From an uncultured bacterium (GTDB taxonomy: Bacteria > Patescibacteriota > Patescibacteriia > UBA9570 > XYC2-FULL-38-9), in NCBI GenBank assembly GCA_937996685.1, contig CALKUP010000015.1:7900-71899 (forward strand): 64,000 nucleotides of DNA, in the 5' to 3' direction. The translations under genes were made by a program, and so were the position numbers. The notes beneath the pieces were generated by a model, which did no database searches, was not told the DNA's origin, and saw only the letters and a program-made list of their open reading frames with translations. Shown here in pieces: positions 37,714-47,499 of the stretch (its first letter is position 1; every line of letters starts with the position of its first letter).

Positions 37714-39513
37714 CTACTGCCAACCGGCCACACGTGCGCCGGTTTTGTCTTTTGTGCCGAAATACACCTCTGTCATGATGGCTTTCTGTTTTGGTTGAAT
37801 TTTAAATAATCGCACCATTGACTGACCAGCGCTTGCCTGACTTGTTAAAATTTCATCTTTCCCATCGCCATTCGAATCGTAACTCGCGACATCAATCGTG
37901 CCATAAAATGACCGTGAGAATGGTTCAATAACCGTTCGGCCCTTGGTTGGATTCGCAAACGGAATCGCAATGACTCTTCCTGGTCGCCCGCCGGTCGCTG
38001 TCACTCCGACAATCACTTCATCAATACCATCTCCGTTCACATCGCCGGCTGCTACATTCGCACCCTTTGTATATTTCTTTGTGAGTACAGTAATTTTTTT
38101 CAAACGCTCACCAGACAATCGATTCACGATTGCCACTGTCGTTGTTTTGCTCGCACGGGTTGTTGTAATGATTTCATCAATCCCATCCCCGTTCACATCG
38201 CCGGCTGCTACATCCAAGCCTTCTTTTTTTGTTTTTTCAAACGGCGCGAATTCACCAATCAGTGAACCATTCATTGAAAAGACACGAACATTTTTTTGCG
38301 ACCCTGGTCCGTATGCAACAATAATTTCATCGGTTCCATCGCCGTTCACGTCGCCGGCTGCAACGCGTGCTGAAGACTGCGACTGATATGGATACGCTTG
38401 AAAGCGTGAAACACGAATCCCTTCGCTATCAAACACCGACACCATTGCATTACTACCACCGCGCACTGTCACTGTTTCTTGTGAACCATCACCATTCAAA
38501 TCACCGGTCGCAACATCACCACTTTCTTTTGATGCACTTGATTGCGGCGCTAACGTGCGCTCAATGCCACCGGATTGATAGATCACATGCGCAAGCATTC
38601 CAGTTCCACGACGCTTCAATACAACACCACCCAGCGCTGTATTCATCCGCATGTTCCGGCTCAATTTTACAATCTTACGTGTTTGATTTCCAAGCCGGTC
38701 AGTTCCAGTGATTTTTACATAACTTTTTCCATTGTCCATATTCGGCAACGCGATTGTCACACGATATGGATATGATGCGCTTTTATTATATTCCGCAACT
38801 TTTTTCCAGGTTGCTTGTGAATCTTCTGACACTTCAACGACTGTCGTATTCATTAAACTCCCTAAATCCTGTGCATCAATCGTAAATCGCAATGTGTCCC
38901 CAACAATTGAACTACTTGAAAACACTGCGCTGATTGTTGGACGGAAACGATCTTTTGTTAAACGATCAGCAATAAATCGACCTGGATCATGCCAGTACAT
39001 TTCTGTTGCCTTAGAGCGTACATGACCATAATAAATCCAGACTGCGCTGTACGCATCTTTGTGAATCCCAAAATGTAAATGTGGTGTCCAGCCGCCATTT
39101 TCTGCACTTGTTCCAAGACTCCCAACACGATCGCCCATCCGCACTACTTCTCCAACAGCCACCGGTTGATCCGATGGTTTTAAATGACCATATAACGAGA
39201 CTACCTTTGTTCCGTCAGAGAGCGTGTGTTCAATTAATACAACAAGGCCAAAAGAAGTGCGCTCTTGCACTTCTTTCACGACCCCATCACCAACTGCATA
39301 CACTGGCGCGCCAGCTCCAAGCTCTCCTCCAAGATCAACACCCATGTGATACGCGCCTGAACTCAACAAATCACCTTGTTCTGTCACAAGGTTCCAGGTC
39401 CGCATCGGATAAATAAACGTTTTTGCAACCGGAGTTGCAGCTTGTGATTGCGTCGGGAAAAACACCGACAAGAATACAAACGATAACAGAACGCGAACAA
39501 TCAACTGTTTCAT
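37714..39513 (-). CDS. secreted M23 (LytM) peptidase fused to FG-GAP/VCBS repeats
   Basis: Signal peptide; HMGVDLGG...HLHFGIH M23 motifs; then five GDxNGDGxDEIxx FG-GAP-type repeats. Confidence 0.85.
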   Translation of the reverse strand: MKQLIVRVLLSFVFLSVFFPTQSQAATPVAKTFIYPMRTWNLVTEQGDLLSSGAYHMGVDLGGELGAGAPVYAVGDGVVKEVQERTSFGLVVLIEHTLSDGTKVVSLYGHLKPSDQPVAVGEVVRMGDRVGSLGTSAENGGWTPHLHFGIHKDAYSAVWIYYGHVRSKATEMYWHDPGRFIADRLTKDRFRPTISAVFSSSSIVGDTLRFTIDAQDLGSLMNTTVVEVSEDSQATWKKVAEYNKSASYPYRVTIALPNMDNGKSYVKITGTDRLGNQTRKIVKLSRNMRMNTALGGVVLKRRGTGMLAHVIYQSGGIERTLAPQSSASKESGDVATGDLNGDGSQETVTVRGGSNAMVSVFDSEGIRVSRFQAYPYQSQSSARVAAGDVNGDGTDEIIVAYGPGSQKNVRVFSMNGSLIGEFAPFEKTKKEGLDVAAGDVNGDGIDEIITTTRASKTTTVAIVNRLSGERLKKITVLTKKYTKGANVAAGDVNGDGIDEVIVGVTATGGRPGRVIAIPFANPTKGRTVIEPFSRSFYGTIDVASYDSNGDGKDEILTSQASAGQSMVRLFKIQPKQKAIMTEVYFGTKDKTGARVAGWQ

Positions 39514-39515
39514 TA

Positions 39516-40067
39516 TTATTCAATCAATGTTGCATTTCCAAGCAATACATCAACAACAATTAATCCTTTGCCAGATAATGATTGCACTAATTCGTGGTGC
39601 ACCTGACGTTCAATTTGTGAACGGTTGCTACTAAAAAAGTCATGCGCATTCCATTGTGCGCCAACTGTGCGGATTCGTGATCGAATAGTTGGACGAATAA
39701 TCTTTTCAATATAGTTGTCACCAATAAATTGCCACAATTGTGTTGCGTTATCTGGATCAACATGAAATAAAATAGTCATCTCCAATTCAACATTTTGTGC
39801 ATCATGACTTGCCACAATAATTGATTGATCACCAAGATCGCTCACTGCAATATCAAAGCCTCGACGAATTTGATATTCTTGCACTTGCGTGTTAAACAAT
39901 TTTGCTTTATGCCAAAACGGAAGCTTCAAATGAAGACCCGGACGCAATACTTTTAACAACACACCTTGTCCGTGTGAATAAATACAAGCGACATACCCCG
40001 GCGGCACAGAAACGAACATGCCGAATAAAATGTCTTCAACTGCGAGCGAAATAATTAGTTTGTCCAT
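39516..40067 (-). CDS. SPFH/band-7 domain protein
   Basis: 183 aa with an N-terminal hydrophobic stretch and PHB-like core (IVASHDAQNVELEMTILFHV). Confidence 0.7.
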   Translation of the reverse strand: MDKLIISLAVEDILFGMFVSVPPGYVACIYSHGQGVLLKVLRPGLHLKLPFWHKAKLFNTQVQEYQIRRGFDIAVSDLGDQSIIVASHDAQNVELEMTILFHVDPDNATQLWQFIGDNYIEKIIRPTIRSRIRTVGAQWNAHDFFSSNRSQIERQVHHELVQSLSGKGLIVVDVLLGNATLIE

Positions 40068-40795
40068 AAGTCATCAATCTTTTGTTTAAGTTTCTCATCT
40101 TTTACAATATATTTCAAGGCGATAATCTTCACAGCGAGGATAACCAAGCTAAATATCATTGTTGTTGAAAGAAAAAGGGCTTTTGCGGATGGAAGTACAA
40201 TACATGCCAAATAGATACCGAGCGGAAACACACCAATCATCAGCAGGTCTGTACGCGTCTTTGTTCCAGTTCGATTAAAGTAATGCACAATCTGACTAAC
40301 AAGCATCACACCCGCTGCAAACAATGAAGCGCTGTTATTGGTGACAATGAGATTCAAACGACCAAGAAAATACGGATTCACAATCCCCGGATCTTGGATA
40401 AAGCCATAAATTTCATTTCGGCCAAGCCCAGGCTGCAAGCCAGACGCAAAAATTTCATATAACACTAAAAAGAAAAAGACCTGGAACATCAAGGCAACAG
40501 TACTCGACAACACGCCGATATTGTTTTTCTTCAACAAGCGTCGAATCGCCTCTCGTTGTTTTTCAAGATTGTGTTTATATCGAACTTTAATCTCTTCAAT
40601 CAGCGGCTGTAATTGAGTCAGACGAATTTCCGCGCGCGTACCGCGAATCGACAATGGCAACAATATAATACGAATCGCAATCGTAAATAAAATCACCGCA
40701 ATACCCATATCTGGCCCGGGCGAGATATTATAAAAAAACATCAACGCGTTATACAGCGGGATATACAATAAATCGTGCCAGAAGAAGTCAAACAT
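40055..40795 (-). CDS. yidC: membrane protein insertase YidC (short form)
   Basis: MFDFFWHDLLYIPLYNALMFFYN...AIVLFTIAIRIILLPLS matches the conserved YidC/Oxa1 TM core. ATG at 40795 preferred. Confidence 0.8.
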   Translation of the reverse strand: MFDFFWHDLLYIPLYNALMFFYNISPGPDMGIAVILFTIAIRIILLPLSIRGTRAEIRLTQLQPLIEEIKVRYKHNLEKQREAIRRLLKKNNIGVLSSTVALMFQVFFFLVLYEIFASGLQPGLGRNEIYGFIQDPGIVNPYFLGRLNLIVTNNSASLFAAGVMLVSQIVHYFNRTGTKTRTDLLMIGVFPLGIYLACIVLPSAKALFLSTTMIFSLVILAVKIIALKYIVKDEKLKQKIDDLWTN

Positions 40796-40818
40796 ATTCC
40801 TTTGTAGTATACTACAAA

Positions 40819-42033
40819 ATGATGAAAAAATCAAACTCATTCTTCACGACCGAATGGCTCACAAGCATCGCAATGATTGTTGGTTTTTTGTTCTACGTGA
40901 AAGTATGCCTCTTTGTTGTCGGTGACCTTGCAAACAATATGCCATTTTTTTGCGGGGGATGTCACAGCTCAAATGTCTTGTGGTCGCAAAATGTTGTCCG
41001 CACCACACACTCCGTCTGGCAAACCTGGGACGCGCAAAATTACCTCTACCTCGCAGAAAATTGGTACACCCCGAATCACAAAAGCATTGCGTTCTATCCA
41101 CTACTCCCAGCAATCGTTCGCAGCGTCTGGATTGTCACCGGTGTCTCATTTTGGAGCGCCGAGCTCGTAGCAACACTGATTTCTATGGCAGCTGTCATCG
41201 CGCTGTATTCAGCGATCAAAGTCCTGACAAACAACACAATCGCACTCTGGAGCACGTTGCTCTACATCACATTCCCAACTGCATTTTTTCTCCACCTACT
41301 CTATACAGAATCGTTGTTCATTCTTTTAGTCTCGTGTGTAATTATCAGCGTCAGAAAACAGCATGCACTCGCGACGGCGCTTGCCAGCGGGTTACTTGTA
41401 CTCACGCGCTCACATGGAACCATTGCACTCATTGGGATCGTGTTCGCCAGTCTGTTCTGGGAATACACTAAAACGCAGAGGCCGCGATATAACAACGCGT
41501 GGCGGATCACGATATTCGGACTCGTCATCGGCAGCCTTGCTGGAGCGGTGCTCTATTTTTACAACATGCAATTCTTTACTGGATCACCAACTGCTGGGTT
41601 TGTTATTCAAAAAGAATTCGGCAGTCAATTCAGCTGGCTGTATGCGCTCCACCCTGTCCGCTGGGTGCAAGACGCCTTTTTGTCTCCAGGTCTATTCATG
41701 AGCATCAACAACAGTAGTATTAGTCGAGCCTTGTTCTTTCTCTCATTGATCGGCGCTGTGTTCGTGTGGAAATCACGTTCAATGAAACCATTCTTCCCAA
41801 TGGTCGTTGGACTCATTTTGTTTTCCGCACTTCCCGGAACCCTCGCGTCATACACCCGATATGCCCTCGCCTTGTTCCCAATATTTCCGGCAATTGTTGA
41901 ACGAGCCATCGACACCGAAAAGCGATCACAAAAAATCATCGGCTACACGGCACTGATTGTTTTTGGCCTTGTCAGTCTGACCCTCCAACTCTGTTTATTT
42001 TTCTATCACGCAAACAATCTCTGGATTGGGTAA
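40819..42033 (+). CDS. GT-C fold membrane glycosyltransferase (PIG-V/GT76- or PMT-like mannosyltransferase family)
   Basis: 404 aa, polytopic; WQTWDAQNYLYLAENWY resembles the PIG-V/GT-C loop motif. Confidence 0.6.
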   Translation: MMKKSNSFFTTEWLTSIAMIVGFLFYVKVCLFVVGDLANNMPFFCGGCHSSNVLWSQNVVRTTHSVWQTWDAQNYLYLAENWYTPNHKSIAFYPLLPAIVRSVWIVTGVSFWSAELVATLISMAAVIALYSAIKVLTNNTIALWSTLLYITFPTAFFLHLLYTESLFILLVSCVIISVRKQHALATALASGLLVLTRSHGTIALIGIVFASLFWEYTKTQRPRYNNAWRITIFGLVIGSLAGAVLYFYNMQFFTGSPTAGFVIQKEFGSQFSWLYALHPVRWVQDAFLSPGLFMSINNSSISRALFFLSLIGAVFVWKSRSMKPFFPMVVGLILFSALPGTLASYTRYALALFPIFPAIVERAIDTEKRSQKIIGYTALIVFGLVSLTLQLCLFFYHANNLWIG

Positions 42034-42057
42034 AAGTATGATATTATCATACTTTTT
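42032..42057 (+). terminator. intrinsic terminator (perfect 12-bp palindrome)
   Basis: AAAAGTATGATA-T-TATCATACTTTT straight after the stop codon. A TTGACA-17-TAGTAT promoter follows at about 42075-42110. Confidence 0.6.
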
Positions 42058-42152
42058 AGGCCATTTATCCCCTTGACAGGGGTTTGAAAAACCCATAGTA
42101 TCACTGGTCACTCAGCGCACAGACTCTGATACAGACGACTACATTACATACT

Positions 42153-43307
42153 ATGGCCAAAGATAAAAAAGAAGATCAAGTACTCTCACTCCTGGAAAAT
42201 TCCAGCGCGATTTTAATTGCACTTCCCCACAGCCCAACCACTGACGCAATCGCATCTGGACTTGCGATGTTAGCCGTGTGCGAAAAACTCAAAAAACGCG
42301 CGAAAATTGTTTCGTATAATTTTCAACTTCCGGCGAACAACGCCTTCCTCCCAAAGAGTGAGGAAATTTTTGCTGACATTTCCAGTCTCAAAAAATTCAT
42401 CATCTCCCTCAATCTTGAAAAAGCCGCTGTCGAAGAACTATCCTATGAAATTCAAGATGGTCGTTTAAATATTTTCATCACACCAAAATCCGGACACTTC
42501 AGCGCTGGCGATGTCGCAACATCTGACAGTGACTATGCATTTGATTGCGTTGTGACTGTTGACGCAAAAGACCTGGAATCACTCGGGCAGCTCTACGAAA
42601 AAAATGCTGAATTTTTTTACAGCACACCAATCATCAATATTGACCACACCGCTGCAAACGATCACTTCGGGCAAGTGAATTTGGTGAATGTGACTGCCAC
42701 TTCAACATCAGAAGTCATTTTTGAAATGTTGGAATATTGGCCGCATGAATTTCTCGATGAATATATTGCTACCAATTTACTCACGGGGATGATTAGTAAA
42801 ACAAAGAGCTTCCAATCAGGGTCAGTTACTCCTCGTTCACTCGCGATTGCTTCCCACCTCATTGATCAAGGTGCACGCCGTGATGAAATTGTGAAACATT
42901 TGTATCAAAGCAAGAGCGTCAACACACTGAAACTATGGGGCAAAGTACTTTCTGGATTGCAAGCAGACAGTGACAACGACCTTGTGTGGTCACGCATTCA
43001 CGCAGCAGACCTCGAAGAAACGGGCGCGAGCGTTGATGCAATTGGCGACGTCATCGATGAATTGATCATCAACACACCAGATGCACGAAATGTGGTTATT
43101 CTCTATGAAAACAACACACTAGACAGCGCTGAGATTTCTGCTGTGATTAGCACTGCTCCATTTATTAACGCGAAAACACTGTTTGAAGATTTTACGCCAG
43201 CTGGCTCAGATCATTTTGTGACAATTTCGAGCACACTCGGCATTGCAGAGTTTGAACGCGTGATCACCGACCGCATTCGCACACAAATGCAGCAAGCGAA
43301 AAAATAA
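42153..43307 (+). CDS. DHH/DHHA1 family phosphoesterase (NrnA-like)
   Basis: DHH-type motifs (IDHT.AND, DxD) and a C-terminal DHHA1 region. Confidence 0.8.
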   Translation: MAKDKKEDQVLSLLENSSAILIALPHSPTTDAIASGLAMLAVCEKLKKRAKIVSYNFQLPANNAFLPKSEEIFADISSLKKFIISLNLEKAAVEELSYEIQDGRLNIFITPKSGHFSAGDVATSDSDYAFDCVVTVDAKDLESLGQLYEKNAEFFYSTPIINIDHTAANDHFGQVNLVNVTATSTSEVIFEMLEYWPHEFLDEYIATNLLTGMISKTKSFQSGSVTPRSLAIASHLIDQGARRDEIVKHLYQSKSVNTLKLWGKVLSGLQADSDNDLVWSRIHAADLEETGASVDAIGDVIDELIINTPDARNVVILYENNTLDSAEISAVISTAPFINAKTLFEDFTPAGSDHFVTISSTLGIAEFERVITDRIRTQMQQAKK

Positions 43308-43360
43308 ACAGGCGGACACACTTCGCATTTCGGCATAAACTTTGATATACTATTGTCACT

Positions 43361-45217
43361 ATGAACAATGGTTTTTTATCTATTGAAGATTTGCTTCCAA
43401 AAAAATCAGATGCTACCACACCTGTTGTTCGACCTACTCGCGCGCCGCAGTATTCCGCACCAGCAAACACGCAACAATCCGCCGCAACTCCTGCGCAATC
43501 AAATGTAATCAACACCGAAGACTCTCCTGCTCCCACAACTGATACTACCGACAACACGGTTCATCTTGATGCAAACCTTGCGGACAAAATTCAAACATTT
43601 GATTTAGAAACTGCAGAACGTGAAGTGAAACAACATGCCAGCATGCTTGGTGTTCCATATATTCAACTCGACGGGTTTCCAATTGGCCCGGAAATTATCA
43701 GCATTTTACCAGAAGAAACTGCCCGAAAAAACAATGTTGTCGCATTCTTTCGTCTGGAAAACCAAATGCGTGTTGGAGCACTTGACCCAACAAGTCCGGG
43801 AACACTTACTGTTCTCACACAACTAGAACAAGAACACCCTGGCACAAACATTGTTGCCTACATGGTCTCTCCCCGCTCACTCGCGAAAGCCTTGGAGCTG
43901 TATAAAAATGTGACGAAAGTGCAGGAAGTTGAATACGGCGTTCATATTACTGCCGAGCAACTCAAGCAATATGAAAAAGAAATCACGTCATACGATATTT
44001 TAGAGCAACGACTCAAAACAACAAACATGACTGATGTGTTTGCAATGCTTGTTTCAATGGCACTGACAAGTGGATCATCGGATATTCATATTGAAGCGGA
44101 AAAAGAATCAGCGGTTGTGCGCTTTCGTATTGATGGCGTGTTAATTGTTGTTGCTCATTTGCCGCTCACAGAACTCCCACGATTAGTCTCACGCGTCAAA
44201 GCGATCGCAGAATTAAAATTAAATATCACAGAAATTCCGCAAGACGGACGCATCTCGATTGAATTTGAAGGTGGCGAAAATCTTGATATTCGTGTTTCCA
44301 CTCTCCCAAGTGCGTTTGGCGAAAGTATTGTTATGCGTTTATTGAAGTCGTCATCCGTTGGATTGTCATTTGAAGATCTCGGAATGCGACCGTTGCAATT
44401 CGCGCGTTTGAAAGCAGAAATTGAAAAGCCAAACGGCATGATTATCACAACCGGTCCAACTGGCTCTGGTAAAACCACGACGTTGTACGCCATTTTGAAT
44501 AAACTGAACACAGAAGACACTAAAATTATTACATTGGAAAATCCAGTGGAATACAAATTAAAAGGCATTGTTCAAAGCCAAGTCGATCCAAGTAAAAAAT
44601 ATACGTTTGCATTAGGCCTGCGCGCGATTCTCCGTCAAGATCCAGATGTTGTAATGGTTGGTGAAATCCGTGATTTAGAAACTGCGAAGACCGCTGTTGA
44701 AGCATCACTGACTGGACATATCATGCTTTCCACAATTCACACCAATGATGCCGCTGGGGCTGTTCCCCGCTTCCTTGGAATGGGCGTCGAAGGTATTTTC
44801 TTAGCTCCAGCATTGAACGCTGTCATTGGGCAACGCTTGGTGCGTCGCGTCTGTTCAAATTGTGTTGAAAGTTACACGCCAACTGCTGAAGAAATCACTC
44901 GCGCCACAGAATGGATTGCGGCAATTCCAGAAAAATCCGGTGAAGAAAAACCAGATATCACAACCGTTGATTGGAAACACGGCAAAGGCTGTGTGAAATG
45001 CGCAAACACAGGATATAAAGGTCGCGTCGGTATTTATGAAATCTTCACAATGAACGCAGAAATTGAACAAGAAATCTTGAGTTCCGCGATTTCCGAATAT
45101 CGGATGAAAGAATTACTCCATGAAACCGGCATGGTGACAATGGGACAAGACGGCATCTTGAAAGCCGTTGAAGGCATCACAACCCTCGACGAAATTTTCC
45201 GTGTTGCGAAGGGGTAA
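43361..45217 (+). CDS. pilB: type IV pilus / type II secretion assembly ATPase (PilB/GspE family)
   Basis: Walker A GPTGSGKTTTLYA, VMVGEIRD, the His box, and the tetracysteine CSNC...CVKC motif. The N-terminal extension is low-complexity. Confidence 0.9.
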   Translation: MNNGFLSIEDLLPKKSDATTPVVRPTRAPQYSAPANTQQSAATPAQSNVINTEDSPAPTTDTTDNTVHLDANLADKIQTFDLETAEREVKQHASMLGVPYIQLDGFPIGPEIISILPEETARKNNVVAFFRLENQMRVGALDPTSPGTLTVLTQLEQEHPGTNIVAYMVSPRSLAKALELYKNVTKVQEVEYGVHITAEQLKQYEKEITSYDILEQRLKTTNMTDVFAMLVSMALTSGSSDIHIEAEKESAVVRFRIDGVLIVVAHLPLTELPRLVSRVKAIAELKLNITEIPQDGRISIEFEGGENLDIRVSTLPSAFGESIVMRLLKSSSVGLSFEDLGMRPLQFARLKAEIEKPNGMIITTGPTGSGKTTTLYAILNKLNTEDTKIITLENPVEYKLKGIVQSQVDPSKKYTFALGLRAILRQDPDVVMVGEIRDLETAKTAVEASLTGHIMLSTIHTNDAAGAVPRFLGMGVEGIFLAPALNAVIGQRLVRRVCSNCVESYTPTAEEITRATEWIAAIPEKSGEEKPDITTVDWKHGKGCVKCANTGYKGRVGIYEIFTMNAEIEQEILSSAISEYRMKELLHETGMVTMGQDGILKAVEGITTLDEIFRVAKG

Positions 45218-45327
45218 ATGTAAATAAGAAAAAAAGCAGGTGGTCAGTCTGCTTTGTGTGCCGAGCTCCCCGTCGTGGGAACTCGAACGTTTTTATTTAT
45301 TGACCGTTGTCGTCTTGAATCGCTGTT

Positions 45328-46011
45328 TCAGCGAGACAAAATGACGCGACCCAGGCCTATGAAGAGGACTTCACACGCATGAACAGCGAGTTGCTGGCCA
45401 GCGTAGATCTCTTCGTGAGCCCGTGGATCAGTCCTCCGCCGCTCAAGCACATCTTGCAGCGCGAGCCGTGCTGCAGTTGCATGATCGATCTCCGCTCCGA
45501 CGTGGAGGTCGAAGTAGCGACGCGGCTCGTCAGGCACGTTGCTTCGAATCAAGGCCGCGGCCAGGATCCCGTGCGTCATGCCGGCGATGTACTCGAGAGT
45601 GACGTGAAATCCAATTGCCTTCCACGGACTCGCAACGTCGCTCCACACCTTGAGCGCGAACTCTGAGAACGCCTTGACCTCAGGCGTGGCATCACTGTTT
45701 GCGAGATCAGCGCCAATCCAGTCGACGAATGTCTTGAGAAGAATGTCGTGCGACTGCGCAACATCCCCACCACCGAACTCTTCCGCGATCTCGTGCGTGA
45801 CGCGTGACAGATAGCCCGCATCGAAGTCGAACAGAGTCATCGGCAGATGCAGGAGCGCGAGCTTGTGTCCGCGCACCGTGTGCCACCACTGGCCGGCGAA
45901 CAACCGGAGCTGCTCAACGGTCAGAGGCCCTCCGGCTTCCAAATGCCGCAGAAACTGAACATGTCTCACCTTCTCCGCTGCAATCAACGGATCGAATACG
46001 AAGATCTGCAT
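45328..46011 (-). CDS. heme-oxygenase-like fold / iron-containing redox enzyme family protein (tentative)
   Basis: GC-rich (~60%) gene with SD AAGGGAGG. E/H-rich helical motifs (EIAEEFGGGD..H, HVGAEIDHA). Confidence 0.5.
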   Translation of the reverse strand: MQIFVFDPLIAAEKVRHVQFLRHLEAGGPLTVEQLRLFAGQWWHTVRGHKLALLHLPMTLFDFDAGYLSRVTHEIAEEFGGGDVAQSHDILLKTFVDWIGADLANSDATPEVKAFSEFALKVWSDVASPWKAIGFHVTLEYIAGMTHGILAAALIRSNVPDEPRRYFDLHVGAEIDHATAARLALQDVLERRRTDPRAHEEIYAGQQLAVHACEVLFIGLGRVILSR

Positions 46012-46022
46012 TGCGCCCTCCC

Positions 46023-46595
46023 TTAATCCATGTCTCGTTGTAATTCACTTTCGGTCTTTTTGACGACCAGAAAGCAGCACGCTTCTCTCCATTTATTGAG
46101 ATAATCAGAAACGTGAAGAATGCTTTCACCGAACGGCCTATGGATATGTCCGCAGTACGCACGACCGTACGTATCTCGGCAGACCGAGCCCAAGGCAACG
46201 ACAGGAAAGCGCCGCACCACATTGGGGTGCTGCTCTGCGAGACAGAGCATTTCTGCCATGGTCCCAGGCCTATAGCCTTGTGCCCCAATGTTGGCCAAAG
46301 CCATCGGAGTTTCCGTCTCCTGCTCAAACTTCATGAGTTCAACAGTGACAACAACCTCCCCCTCACAACGATGAGGGAAGGTAGCCTCATTTATGTCTGA
46401 GGAATACACCCTAGCTGCAGCTGCCATTTGCGCGATAGTCAACCTGTAGTCGATGGACAGTAAAAAAGCATTTCCGAACTCAGGCTCAGGAGTGGCAACT
46501 CCATTCAGAAACACCTGCAACTTCGCACGAGTGACGAAGCCAGAATGAATCTGCGCGAACAGCTCCTCCATCTGCTCAAAGGTAGGCTTGCTCAT
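46023..46595 (-). CDS. hypothetical protein (GC-rich, co-oriented with 45328..46011)
   Basis: 190 aa with SD GAGGGAG. No recognised domain. Confidence 0.5.
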   Translation of the reverse strand: MSKPTFEQMEELFAQIHSGFVTRAKLQVFLNGVATPEPEFGNAFLLSIDYRLTIAQMAAAARVYSSDINEATFPHRCEGEVVVTVELMKFEQETETPMALANIGAQGYRPGTMAEMLCLAEQHPNVVRRFPVVALGSVCRDTYGRAYCGHIHRPFGESILHVSDYLNKWREACCFLVVKKTESELQRDMD

Positions 46596-46727
46596 ATTCT
46601 ATCTCCCTCATTTCATTTTCAATGAACGTCTCACAGATGGATTTCCGTGAGAACAGAGTAATATATATTGAAAAAGGAATTTTTATACATTTTTATTGAA
46701 AACACTACTATAAAATATCATATAGTA

Positions 46728-46755
46728 TTGACAATATTGATTATTTCATTATAAT
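46728..46755 (+). promoter_or_regulatory. near-consensus sigma70 promoter for the TrmB-like gene
   Basis: TTGACA-16 nt-TATAAT in a very AT-rich divergent intergenic region. Confidence 0.5.
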
Positions 46756-46773
46756 AGATTTTGAAAATACTCT

Positions 46774-47499
46774 ATGATTACCCAACTCCAACAACTTGGA
46801 CTCACGCAACAAGAAGCGCTTGTGTATTTGTTTTTACTCGAAAATGGCCAATCAACCGTTAAACAACTCAGTAAAACCTTGAATATTTCTGCAACTAATT
46901 GCTATCACCTCCTTGATTCTCTGGTCGCCCAAAAACTGATTACTGAAGTCACGGGTGTAAAAATCAAAACCTATGTCGCGCGAGATCCAGAATCTCTGAT
47001 TCAACGCACGACAGACCTTCAAACCATTGCACAGCAACTCGCCCCGGATTTACGTGCGCTCTACACCATTCAAAAAAATAAACCAACTGTCCGATTCTTT
47101 GATGGACAAGATGGTATTCAAGAAATCTATTTACAGACGCTGCACGCGCAGACGAAAAAAATCATCGCCGTAGGCTCAACCAACCAACTGAATAAGTCGA
47201 TGCAACGCTTTTTTGATCGCTATCGCAAACAAGTGCACGATCGTGAAATTGTGGTCTATGATATTTTAACTCCCAATTCGGCAGCCGTTGCAAATGCGAC
47301 AAAACAAGTGATGCGTGGATATTATGACGCCAAACTCCTCCCAAAAAATGTTGCTGATATTCCAACAGACATTTTGATTTGGGATGATTCGGTTGCCCTG
47401 ATTACCTTACAAGAGCCCTATTTTGGGACAATTATCACACAGCCACTCATCGCTCAAACCATGAGCGCGGTGCTTGAAACATTGTGGGCGAAATTATAA
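46774..47499 (+). CDS. TrmB-family transcriptional regulator
   Basis: N-terminal wHTH (LTQQEALVYLFLLENGQSTVKQLSKTL) and a TrmB C-terminal domain. Paralog of 13406..14155. Confidence 0.7.
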   Translation: MITQLQQLGLTQQEALVYLFLLENGQSTVKQLSKTLNISATNCYHLLDSLVAQKLITEVTGVKIKTYVARDPESLIQRTTDLQTIAQQLAPDLRALYTIQKNKPTVRFFDGQDGIQEIYLQTLHAQTKKIIAVGSTNQLNKSMQRFFDRYRKQVHDREIVVYDILTPNSAAVANATKQVMRGYYDAKLLPKNVADIPTDILIWDDSVALITLQEPYFGTIITQPLIAQTMSAVLETLWAKL